Assembly: GCA_036399115.1 (NCBI GenBank)
Contig: DASWNS010000222.1
Coordinates: 1 to 42,835, forward strand
Reading direction: 5' to 3'
From: Pyrinomonadaceae bacterium
Lineage (GTDB): Bacteria; Acidobacteriota; Blastocatellia; Pyrinomonadales; Pyrinomonadaceae
DNA: 42,835 nt
Part shown: piece after piece, positions 28,338 through 36,840 of the stretch
Position numbering within the stretch: the first letter of the stretch is position 1
How the letters are laid out: the number at the start of each line of letters is the position of its first letter
The notes under the pieces: model-generated
Seen by the model: the letters and a program-made list of their open reading frames with translations, nothing else
What the model was told of the DNA's origin: nothing
Database searches by the model: none
Translations under genes and position numbers: made by a program

Positions 28338-29108
28338 ATGAGGCACCAACTAACAACTCGACTCAAGTTATATTCCTGTATAGCTCTCCTGATCGCGCTC
28401 TGCGGGGCGGGTTCAGTCCGGGCGCAACAAACGGCGGTGACGATCTCCGGGCGCGTCTCTGAAGAGAGCACGGGACAAGGTATCGACAGTGTCGCCGTTG
28501 TCGCCCTCGGCAACCAGACCGGGACGCGGGTTGCCATTACCGACGCTCAGGGTAACTACAGGCTGCCTTTCGGCGCGAATACGAACATAAAGCTGCGTGC
28601 TTATAAAACTGGCTTCATCTTCAATCCGGCGTCGGTCGAGTTAATTTCGCCCGGCGGACAGCCCATCAACGGCGCACGGACTTTCGATTTTACAGGGACG
28701 CGGTTGCCGTTCCCGATTCTCATATTCGCCCTGCCGCCGATTTTGCTGACAGAGGACGAATCGCTCAACGCGCTGGCGCTCGACGCCGTGCTGCACACAC
28801 GCGATCCGTTCCCGCTGGTTAACGATCATTACTTCGGAGCCGACTCGCGCACGCGGGTTAAGCTGTTCCTGGTAGACCTTGATCTGTACAGCGGCGAAAC
28901 GCTCTCGATCATCTCGGTTCAGGCGCAGGACGAGCAGCGCAGAGCCTACGTCTTGCCCGTCGAAGACTTACGCAAAGTGCCCAACTTCCCGTGGCTGTCG
29001 CAACTGACCATACGCTTGCCGGGCGAACTGGCAGGCGTCACGGATATAACTCTCAGCGTCTCGGCGCGCGGTCAAGCCAGTAACGTAACCCGTCTGCGCT
29101 TGAGATAG
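28338..29108 (+). CDS. Secreted carboxypeptidase-regulatory-like (CarboxypepD_reg) domain protein
   Basis: The ATG at 28338 follows GAGG and a signal peptide is present. The domain reads ISGRVSEESTGQGIDSVAVVALGNQTGTRVAITDAQGNYRL...LRAYKTGFIF. Confidence 0.7.
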   Translation: MRHQLTTRLKLYSCIALLIALCGAGSVRAQQTAVTISGRVSEESTGQGIDSVAVVALGNQTGTRVAITDAQGNYRLPFGANTNIKLRAYKTGFIFNPASVELISPGGQPINGARTFDFTGTRLPFPILIFALPPILLTEDESLNALALDAVLHTRDPFPLVNDHYFGADSRTRVKLFLVDLDLYSGETLSIISVQAQDEQRRAYVLPVEDLRKVPNFPWLSQLTIRLPGELAGVTDITLSVSARGQASNVTRLRLR

Positions 29109-29300
29109 GCTGTTCAGACAACTAATGCTCGTCGTCGGGCGCGGCCAGCGGCGGAGTCTCTTGCTTCCTGAAATAGCGTGCTCCTTTTAGCACCTCGGCA
29201 TGCGCTTGATGACGACTATCCTAAGAGCGAAGAGCAAACTCTGAAAGAGTTCAATCCGCATCTACGCTTTTCTATTTTTCCTTCAAAGGAGCACCCCGCC

Positions 29301-30758
29301 ATGTTTAGTAGTCGGTTGAGAGTCGTGCTGTTCGTGCTGCTGTTGCCGGGCACACTGTTCGCGCAGGAAGGCATTCCTTTCTTTACCACAGATTTCCCGC
29401 CCGAAGAGTTTGCGCAGCGGCGCGCTAAAATTTATGACGAGATGGGGAGCGGAAAGATCGCCGTCGTGCAGGGCGCGCCGAGTCCCGCCGGGTTCACGCG
29501 CTTCCGGCAGTCGAATGAATTTTACTACCTGTGCGGAGTCGAATCGCCGCACGCCTACCTGCTGCTCGACAGCACGCGGCGCAGCGCGTCTCTCTATCTG
29601 CCGCATCGCAACGAGGGGCGCGAGAGCGTCGAGGGTAAAGTTCTCTCCGCCGAAGACGCAGAGATGATCAAACGTCTATCCGGCGTGGAAGCCGTCTATG
29701 GCTCGGAACTGCTCGCAGAGCATCTGTCGCGCTACGCCCGCTCCGGACAGACGCGCACGCTCCTGACGCCATTCAGCCCCGCCGAGGGGCTGGCGACGAG
29801 CCGCGACGGAGCCATCCGCGCCGTGGCCGACATCGCCTCCGACCCCTGGGACGCCAGCCCTTCGCGCGAGGGACGTTTCGCAGAGATGCTGCGCACGCGC
29901 TTTCCACAGTTTGACGTTCAAGACCTGTCGCCCGCGTTGGATAAGCTGCGGCTGATCAAGAGTCCGCGTGAGATCGCGCTCATTAGCAAGGCGACGCGGT
30001 TGTCGTCGCTCGCCCTGCTGGAAGCGATGCGCTCGACCGCGCCGGGAGTCTCTGAATACGAGTTGGATGCCGTCGCCAAGTACGTCTATTACCGGAACGG
30101 CGCGCAGGGCGATGCTTATTACTCTCTCGTCGCGAGCGGAAGGAACGCGTGGTATCCGCATTACAATTCAGGCAAACGAAAGATGCTGGACGGAGACTTC
30201 CTGTTAATGGACTACGCGCCTGATGTCGGCTACTACATGAGCGACGTGACGCGCATGTGGCCGGTCAACGGGAAATTCAACGCGTGGCAACGCGAACTCT
30301 ACGGCTTTTATCTGGACTGTTATCAGGCCATCTTGAAGCACATCAGGCCGGGCGTCACGGCGGCTGTGATTAAACAGGATGCGCTGAAAGATATGGAGCA
30401 GGCACTCGCGCGCACGCGCTTCTCCAAACCCACTTACGAGCGCGCCGCGCGTGAGTTTGTGGAGGGCTACCGGAGGTCTGCGGCGAATCCGCGCGCGTCG
30501 CTCGGCCACTGGGTCGGGATGGCGACGCACGACGTGGGACAAGACAGCGGGCCGCTGCGCGCCGGGATGGTCTTCACCATCGAGCCTGCGCTGCGCGTCC
30601 CGGAAGAGAAGATTTACATTCGCCTCGAAGATGTCATCGTGATCACGGACAAGGGCGCGGATATTCTGACCAACTGGCTGCCGATGGACATTCCCGCCAT
30701 CGAAAAAACAATGAGCGAAGAGGGCTTGTTGCAGCGTTATCCGCGTGACCGGCAATAA
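29301..30758 (+). CDS. Secreted M24-family Xaa-Pro aminopeptidase
   Basis: The signal peptide is MFSSRLRVVLFVLLLPGTLFAQ. The pita-bread motifs are LLMDYAPDVGYYMSDVTRMWP, HWVGMATHDVG, FTIEPAL and IRLEDVIVIT. Confidence 0.85.
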   Translation: MFSSRLRVVLFVLLLPGTLFAQEGIPFFTTDFPPEEFAQRRAKIYDEMGSGKIAVVQGAPSPAGFTRFRQSNEFYYLCGVESPHAYLLLDSTRRSASLYLPHRNEGRESVEGKVLSAEDAEMIKRLSGVEAVYGSELLAEHLSRYARSGQTRTLLTPFSPAEGLATSRDGAIRAVADIASDPWDASPSREGRFAEMLRTRFPQFDVQDLSPALDKLRLIKSPREIALISKATRLSSLALLEAMRSTAPGVSEYELDAVAKYVYYRNGAQGDAYYSLVASGRNAWYPHYNSGKRKMLDGDFLLMDYAPDVGYYMSDVTRMWPVNGKFNAWQRELYGFYLDCYQAILKHIRPGVTAAVIKQDALKDMEQALARTRFSKPTYERAAREFVEGYRRSAANPRASLGHWVGMATHDVGQDSGPLRAGMVFTIEPALRVPEEKIYIRLEDVIVITDKGADILTNWLPMDIPAIEKTMSEEGLLQRYPRDRQ

Positions 30759-30980
30759 GCCTGGCGGACTCGAATATTCGCTCCCGGCGCGCATTTGCCG
30801 CCCGGCTCCGGCGAACATGCCGCTCAACTTTTGTGGCTCGAAGTGCATCTAAATAACGACCTGTAGAAGTCGGGTCGTAAGATAGAACAGGGGAGTAGAT
30901 CACCCGGATGGGTCTGGCGAGGCCGTCAACACGGTCGTTCCGATTGAAGGGAGCGACCCGGCGCGCCGGGGTAAGGATCA

Positions 30981-31030
30981 AGACCTTTTGCGCCATTTTC
31001 AGATGCGCGCAGGGGGTCTTTATTTTTTTA
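30981..31030 (+). terminator. Intrinsic-terminator-like hairpin plus T-tract 20 nt upstream of the htpX start codon (possible attenuator)
   Basis: AGACC-TTTT-GCGC [loop CATTTTCAGAT] GCGC-GCAGGG-GGTCT, followed by TTATTTTTTTA. The ATG of htpX is at 31050. Confidence 0.4.
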
Positions 31031-31049
31031 CGCACAGGGGAGATTGACG

Positions 31050-31922
31050 ATGTTTAATTGGAGCATGATCAAAACCACACTTTTACTCGGCGGTTTAACC
31101 GGGCTGCTCGTGATGATGGGTGGCCTCATCGGCGGCGGCTACGGCGCGATGCTCGGCTTCGTCGTCGCGCTGGCGATGAACTTCGGCAGCTATTGGTTCT
31201 CCGACCGCATCGCTTTGAAGATGGCGGGGGCGCGGGAAGTCTCTTACCGGGAAGCGCCCGAGTTGCACGACATGGTGGCACGGCTCGCGCAAGCTACGGG
31301 GCTGCCGAAGCCGCGCGTGGCAATCGTCGAGTCAGACGCGCCGAACGCCTTCGCCACGGGCAGGAACCCGCAGCACGGACTCGTGGCCGTGACGACGGGC
31401 ATCCTGCGCCTACTCGACCAGAGAGAACTGGCCGCCGTCATCTCGCACGAACTCGGCCACATCCGCAACCGCGACGTGCTGGTGAGCACCGTCGCCGCGA
31501 CGTTTGCCGGGGCGATCACGATGATCGCGCAGATCGGGCAGTTCGCAGTGCTCTTCGGCGGTGCGAGCGACGAAGATGAAGACGGCGGCGGGAACATTCT
31601 CGGCGCGCTGCTCATGATCTTCCTCGCGCCTCTGGCGGCGACGATCATCCAACTCGCCATCTCGCGCTCGCGCGAGTTCGGTGCAGACCGGACGGGTGCG
31701 GAGACGGGCGGCGACCCGCAGGCGTTGGCCTCCGCGCTGGAGAAACTGGAAGCCTATGCCAAGCGCATCCCGCTGCCGGTCAACCCCGCCGTCTCGCACC
31801 TGTTCATCGTGAAGCCGCTGACGGGATTCTCCGTGCAGGGACTCTTCAGCACCCACCCGCCGACGGCTGAGCGCGTCGCCAGACTGCGCATGATCGCGCG
31901 TCAAAGGGTGAATCAAGCGTAA
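31050..31922 (+). CDS. htpX: Zinc metalloprotease HtpX (M48 family)
   Basis: Four TM segments, the motif HELGHIRNRD, and EFGADRTGAE further downstream. Typical HtpX length and layout. Confidence 0.9.
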   Translation: MFNWSMIKTTLLLGGLTGLLVMMGGLIGGGYGAMLGFVVALAMNFGSYWFSDRIALKMAGAREVSYREAPELHDMVARLAQATGLPKPRVAIVESDAPNAFATGRNPQHGLVAVTTGILRLLDQRELAAVISHELGHIRNRDVLVSTVAATFAGAITMIAQIGQFAVLFGGASDEDEDGGGNILGALLMIFLAPLAATIIQLAISRSREFGADRTGAETGGDPQALASALEKLEAYAKRIPLPVNPAVSHLFIVKPLTGFSVQGLFSTHPPTAERVARLRMIARQRVNQA

Positions 31923-31981
31923 AGGCTGCGGGCTGCACCGGCTACTGCTGTTTCATCGTTCCCACCGTGACCTGTTGGCTC

Positions 31982-32042
31982 GCGGGTCAGTTTGAGATTC
32001 TTCGCCAGCATTTATGTGGCGCGCATTTTCAAACTGACCCGC
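31982..32042. repeat. 14-bp perfect inverted repeat downstream of htpX
   Basis: GCGGGTCAGTTTGA (31982-31995) pairs with TCAAACTGACCCGC (32029-32042), with a 33-nt loop. No T-tract follows. Confidence 0.5.
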
Positions 32043-32239
32043 TGCGCGCAATAGAAACTTTCTTGACATGCCCGCCACGCAGGGTTAGATTTTTCGCGCG
32101 TTCGATTCATTTACGAGAGACTTCACTCCTCAGAAGAGTCTCGCACCTGTTGACCTCACGCCACGCCGCAGATTAACAAGCCTCGTTAAGAGCCGCGCAG
32201 CCGCCGCCTTCACGTCCGGCAGAAGAGGATGGACTAATA

Positions 32240-33097
32240 ATGGAACCCGACCCGAAGGGGATGAATGATTACCCGCACAGCGCGCAGGCAGGCACAGGAA
32301 GTCTCCCGACCGATCTTAACGTCCCTTCGTTCCATAACACGGGCGACGTGGTGGGGGCGGTCTTCCAGCTCTACCGCGACAATTTTCTGTCCCTTCTCAA
32401 GATCGTCGTCGTGCTGGCCGTCCCTTTAATCGTCGCCCAGCACATCTTTCTAAAGCTGTCGCGCGTCCCTCTGGCGGAAGTTACCATTTACGTGTCCGCG
32501 ATTGTCGGCGAGTCGCTGATGTCGGGCGCGTTGATCTACGCGGTCGTCACCTTCCTGCGCACGGGGGCTTTCCCGACGCTGGCAGACTCTTACACGTGGG
32601 GGCGCAAGCGTTGGGGCAGGGTGCTGTTCTGCTCCTTTCTCTATATGCTCGTCGTCGTCGCCGGGTGTATGGCCTTAATCGTCCCCGGCATTATCTTTAG
32701 TTTGATGTTCGCCCTCGTTGTTCCCGTGGCCGTGCTCGAAGACAAGCCTGCATCGGACAGCTTTAGCCGCAGCAGGGACTTGACGAGAAACTACCGCCTG
32801 CAAATCTTCTTAACGTATTTCGTCTTCAGCCTGCTCATCTTCGTCATTTCGCTCGTTACGAATGCGGGCTTCGGCGGCGAGCCGGAGGACGAGATTTCGC
32901 TCCCGTTCGCGCTCGTACAGGGACTTATCACCCAACTGCTCGAATCTTCGTCAACCGTGCTCACGCTCTTCATCTATCTCGGCATTCTCCGCGACACGAG
33001 CCAACTCTCGACGCAATTCCCGAACGCCCCTCCGCCCCCTCCGCCCGGAGACGATCCGGCGCGTGCGTCTCAAGTTGAAACCGGTCGTGAATTTTAG
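32240..33097 (+). CDS. Polytopic membrane protein of unknown function with Pro-rich C-terminus
   Basis: Five to six hydrophobic segments, for example LLKIVVVLAVPLIVAQHIF and MLVVVAGCMALIVPGIIFSLMFALVVPVAVL. The tail reads NAPPPPPPGDDP. Confidence 0.6.
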   Translation: MEPDPKGMNDYPHSAQAGTGSLPTDLNVPSFHNTGDVVGAVFQLYRDNFLSLLKIVVVLAVPLIVAQHIFLKLSRVPLAEVTIYVSAIVGESLMSGALIYAVVTFLRTGAFPTLADSYTWGRKRWGRVLFCSFLYMLVVVAGCMALIVPGIIFSLMFALVVPVAVLEDKPASDSFSRSRDLTRNYRLQIFLTYFVFSLLIFVISLVTNAGFGGEPEDEISLPFALVQGLITQLLESSSTVLTLFIYLGILRDTSQLSTQFPNAPPPPPPGDDPARASQVETGREF

Positions 33098-33290
33098 GTA
33101 GCCTGTCGAGACAACGCTCGACGCAACGCCGCTTTGCATTTTGCGTGTGGCATCCGCCGCGCGGCTGAGATTCACGCCGCAGGTCAGTGGCGCGTGGGGG
33201 CGCGTCGGGTGAAGCTCCGACCGTTGTGTGAGGCCGCTTTCGGACGCGGCAGTAAATTCTCGAAGACCTTGCAGTGAAGCGAAAGAGACG

Positions 33291-34148
33291 ATGGTTTATA
33301 CAACTCAGATTACACGCGCCAACCCGACATACGTGATCTTCCTGCTAGACCAATCCGGTTCGATGGCCGACCCTTTCAGCGGCGATCAAATCCTGAGCAA
33401 GGCCGACTTCGTGGCCGACGTGGTTAATCACACGCTCCATGATTTCGTCATCCGCTGCACGAAAACCGAGGAAGTGCGTAATTACTACTACGTCTCCATC
33501 ATCGGCTACGGGCGCACCACCGGCTCGGCCTTCGCGGGCACGCTCACGGATCGCACTATCGTCCCCATCTCCGACGTAGCCGATAACCCGCAAAGGATCG
33601 AGACGCGCCACAAACGCGTGCCCGACGGCAGCGGCGGCGTCGTGGAAATGCCCGTCCGTTACCCGATCTGGCTCTACCCGCGCGCGGGCGGCGAGACGCC
33701 TATGTGCGGCGCGTTCGCGCTCGCCAAGTCGCTCATCGAGAGATGGCTGGGCGAACACCCGCGCGGGTTTCCGCCGACCGTGCTGCACCTGACGGACGGC
33801 GAATCCAGCGACGGCGACCCGACCGAACTCGGACGACAGATCATGTCGCTCGGAACCGACGACGGCCAGGTGCTGCTCTTCAACTGTCACGTCTCAACCC
33901 ACCGCCGCCGCAAAGTCGAATACCCGACCGACGATGCTTCTTTGCCCGACGCTTTTGCACGCACGCTGTTCGGCGTGTCGAGTCTGCTACCGGCAAATTT
34001 TCTGGGGGCTGCACAGCAGTTAGGCGTGAATGCTACGGAAGGTTCGAGGGGCTTCGTGTTCAATGGTGATCCGTCGTCCGTCGTTCAGTTCTACGAGATC
34101 GGGACGAGCCTGACGGGGATGACGCCGCACATCTGGATGGAATCGTAA
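33291..34148 (+). CDS. vWA-domain protein (TerY-like)
   Basis: The ATG at 33291 gives MVYTTQITRANPTYVIFLLDQSGSM, the MIDAS DxSxS motif. Further along are SIIGYG and TVLHLTDGESSDGDP. Confidence 0.85.
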   Translation: MVYTTQITRANPTYVIFLLDQSGSMADPFSGDQILSKADFVADVVNHTLHDFVIRCTKTEEVRNYYYVSIIGYGRTTGSAFAGTLTDRTIVPISDVADNPQRIETRHKRVPDGSGGVVEMPVRYPIWLYPRAGGETPMCGAFALAKSLIERWLGEHPRGFPPTVLHLTDGESSDGDPTELGRQIMSLGTDDGQVLLFNCHVSTHRRRKVEYPTDDASLPDAFARTLFGVSSLLPANFLGAAQQLGVNATEGSRGFVFNGDPSSVVQFYEIGTSLTGMTPHIWMES

Positions 34149-34188
34149 GCCGCGCCGCCGACCGCCGCCGCGCCCCACTGATACCGCG

Positions 34189-34962
34189 ATGACCTCCCAA
34201 CACTGGCGCATCGAAACTCAACACTTCCTGCTTGAGAAGGAAGACTCCACCCCTGCGGAGTGCGAAGACGCGATCAGCATCAACGCTGAGTCGCGGCGTT
34301 ACGCGCTCGCCGACGGTGCGACCGAAGGGTTCGACTCGCGCAGTTGGGCGCGTCTGCTGGTTGACTGCTGGACGCAGGCCGACCCCGCCCCGCTCTCGGT
34401 TGAAACTTTCCACCCGTGGGTCGAAGAACAGGGGCGTCGGCTGCACGCCGTGTGGGCTGAGCGCGCGCTGCCGTGGTACGCCGAAGAGAAGGCGCGTCGA
34501 GGTTCTTACGCGGCCTTCGTCGGCCTCCAGTTCGGAGGCGGCGACGACGCGCTCCACTGGCAGGCCATCGCGCTCGGCGATTCATGCCTGATCCAGCGAC
34601 GCGGCGGCGCGGTCTGTCGCGCCCTGCCCATCTCAGACGCGAGCCTCTTCAATTCGTCGCCCGTGCTCGTGCCCTCTCTCGACTCTCTACAGGCACCCGC
34701 GCTCTCCCGCGCCACCGTCGAGCGTGGCACAGCCGAACGCGGCGACGTTTTCCTCCTGTTGTCCGATGCGGGCGCGGCGTGGTATCTCAAACTCTCGAAG
34801 GAGCGGAAGGCCGTCGAGGCGGAGTTTGACGCTTCGCTCGCGGCGTCAGACGGCGGCGCGCTGTCGGAGTTGTTCCGGCGCGAGCGTCAGGCGAAACGGA
34901 TGATCAACGACGACATCGCGATTCTCAGGATCGCAATCGAACCGGCACGCCCCCTTTCCTGA
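34189..34962 (+). CDS. PP2C-like protein phosphatase
   Basis: The motifs, in the order expected for bacterial PP2C-like proteins, are ECEDAISI, ALADGATEGFDS, IALGDSCLI, FLLLSDAGAAW and INDDIAILRI. Confidence 0.75.
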   Translation: MTSQHWRIETQHFLLEKEDSTPAECEDAISINAESRRYALADGATEGFDSRSWARLLVDCWTQADPAPLSVETFHPWVEEQGRRLHAVWAERALPWYAEEKARRGSYAAFVGLQFGGGDDALHWQAIALGDSCLIQRRGGAVCRALPISDASLFNSSPVLVPSLDSLQAPALSRATVERGTAERGDVFLLLSDAGAAWYLKLSKERKAVEAEFDASLAASDGGALSELFRRERQAKRMINDDIAILRIAIEPARPLS

Positions 34963-34985
34963 GCGAGTGTTTGAGCGAGTGTTTT

Positions 34986-36602
34986 ATGTCGAGCCTCACG
35001 ACTCCCAATTGGCCTAGCGCACGACAGTTCGCGGAAGCTGTCCAATGCCCCGCTATCTGTTTCGCCGAGCCGCACATTAAAAAGTTGCTGCCCGCCGTAG
35101 ACCGTCTCGGCATGCCGCTCGTGACTTCCGGGCAGTTCGCTTACGTCTTCAAACTCAAGGGCGCGGACGGGAGCACGTCCGTCGCCGTGCGCTGCTTTCG
35201 TGGCTACCTCGGCGACCGTGAGAAGAGATACAAAGCGATTGACGCCCACCTGAACCTCTACCAGATTCCGGCCTTGCCGCGATTCAAATATTTCCCCTAC
35301 GGGATACTCGTCGCCGGGCGCAGGTTCCCGGCGCTCATCATGCAATGGATCGAAGGGGCGACGCTGGACGTTTATCTGGAAGAGGTGATTGACAGGCCGG
35401 ACGTGCTGCGGCATCTGGCGGACGAGTGGCTCAAGCTGATGTCGCGTCTGCGCGAGGCCGGGATCGCGCACGGCGACTTGCAGCACGGAAATATCATCGT
35501 CGAGCGTGGACAGTTGCGCCTCATTGATCTGGACGGGATGTTCGTCCCCGCCATGTCCGGCTTGCAGGCCAGTGAAATAGGGCATCAACATTTTCAACAT
35601 CCCAACAGAGACGCACGCTACTTCGACGCGACTATCGACAACTTCTCCGCGCTGGTGATCTACCTGTCGCTCATCTCGCTTGCCGAGCGGCCTGAATTGT
35701 GGCGTGAGTACCACGACGAAAACCTGATCTTCACCAAAGCGGATTTTCTCGACCCGGCCTCGTCCACGCTGCTTTCCCGGATCAAGAGTATTGGCACGGA
35801 GCATCGTCAACTGGCGGAAATTCTACAGACCGCCGCCGTGTCCAGCCCGGTCGAGACGCCCAACCTCGTAGACATCGTGAGTCCAAAATCGAAGCTCCCT
35901 TCGTGGATGGCCGCGCCCCTCGATCTGGAAGTTCAGGAGCGGACGCGCGAAGCGACGGACTTCGAGCTTGCGCCCGTCGTGGCTCAGAGACTTTGGCCTC
36001 CACCGGAGACGCAGAGCGCGGCGGTCGCCCCGGCGGTTAGCGCGTCGCCGGGCATCCTCAACCCGGCGACGCCCGTGGCGAGTCTCCCGTCTCACAACCC
36101 TTTGGACATACGCGGGAACACTCTCATGTATGCGCGTCTACTCGACGAGCACACCTATATTTTCCTCTGGTGGTTATTACTGCACAGGTGGATCGCAGGG
36201 TTCTGGGAACTGTTCGGCATAGGCTACTTCAGCGCGATGCTGCTTACGCTCTTGCTCCTGATAGGAACCTTTGTGGCCTACGGTTTCGTGCGCGCCGTCC
36301 TCGACTGGAATCTGGCTTCTGACGACCCGCTGACCTCTTTCGGCTCGCCGACCGTACTCTCCATCCTGCAATCCTCCGCTTCGCACGCGCCTGCCGCGCT
36401 CCCACCCTCCACGCGCCCCGCACGTCATCTCACACTCAACGCCGACGTCCGCGCAGTCGTCGGCAACAGCAGTTTGCGTATCTACCATCTGCCCGATTGC
36501 ATCTGGGTCAAGAAGATCTCGCCCCATCACAGCCTACAGTTTGCGTCGCCCGCACACGCCGACGCAGAAGGTTACCGCGCCTGCAAAGTCTGCTCCCCCT
36601 GA
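34986..36602 (+). CDS. Ser/Thr-protein-kinase-like protein with two TM helices and a C-terminal Cys-rich (Ada-type zinc-ribbon-like) motif
   Basis: The kinase core has TSGQFAYVFKL, VAVRCF, IMQWIEGATL, GIAHGDLQHGNIIV and LIDLDGMF. The TM region is YIFLWWLLLHRWIAGFWELFGIGYFSAMLLTLLLLIGTFVAYGF. The tail reads IYHLPDCIWVKKISPHHSLQFASPAHADAEGYRACKVCSP. Confidence 0.8.
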   Translation: MSSLTTPNWPSARQFAEAVQCPAICFAEPHIKKLLPAVDRLGMPLVTSGQFAYVFKLKGADGSTSVAVRCFRGYLGDREKRYKAIDAHLNLYQIPALPRFKYFPYGILVAGRRFPALIMQWIEGATLDVYLEEVIDRPDVLRHLADEWLKLMSRLREAGIAHGDLQHGNIIVERGQLRLIDLDGMFVPAMSGLQASEIGHQHFQHPNRDARYFDATIDNFSALVIYLSLISLAERPELWREYHDENLIFTKADFLDPASSTLLSRIKSIGTEHRQLAEILQTAAVSSPVETPNLVDIVSPKSKLPSWMAAPLDLEVQERTREATDFELAPVVAQRLWPPPETQSAAVAPAVSASPGILNPATPVASLPSHNPLDIRGNTLMYARLLDEHTYIFLWWLLLHRWIAGFWELFGIGYFSAMLLTLLLLIGTFVAYGFVRAVLDWNLASDDPLTSFGSPTVLSILQSSASHAPAALPPSTRPARHLTLNADVRAVVGNSSLRIYHLPDCIWVKKISPHHSLQFASPAHADAEGYRACKVCSP

Positions 36603-36840
36603 ACGGAAATCCTGTCGCTCACTAACCTGACAATCCGGGACTTGTCGTGCGTTCGGCGTTCGAACCGGAGAGGCTTGTCCCGGCGGTGAGGGAAGCCGCG
36701 CGCCAGAATGACAAAGCACAGCCCGTCGCAGAGTTCAGGGAGATGGAACAGATCGTCAGCGAGGTGGCGGCCTCCGGTCGCGCTCAGATACGAATAGTGA
36801 GATGATTCGATAGCGTCGCTTTGAGGAGCCTGTCGCTACC

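Noticed and set aside
34957-34985. 12-nt tandem duplication TGAGCGAGTGTT x2 spanning the PP2C stop codon and the kinase start region.
   Set aside because: It is a real repeat but small. It is most simply a slippage duplication in the 23-nt spacer, with no evident function beyond spacing the RBS.
34887-35810. 307-aa minus-strand ORF overlapping the kinase gene.
   Set aside because: It is antisense to a gene with clear kinase motifs and has no motifs of its own. The same reasoning applies to 33345-33890, 34060-34557, 39647-40519, 30204-30848, 8418-9071 and 29676-30161.
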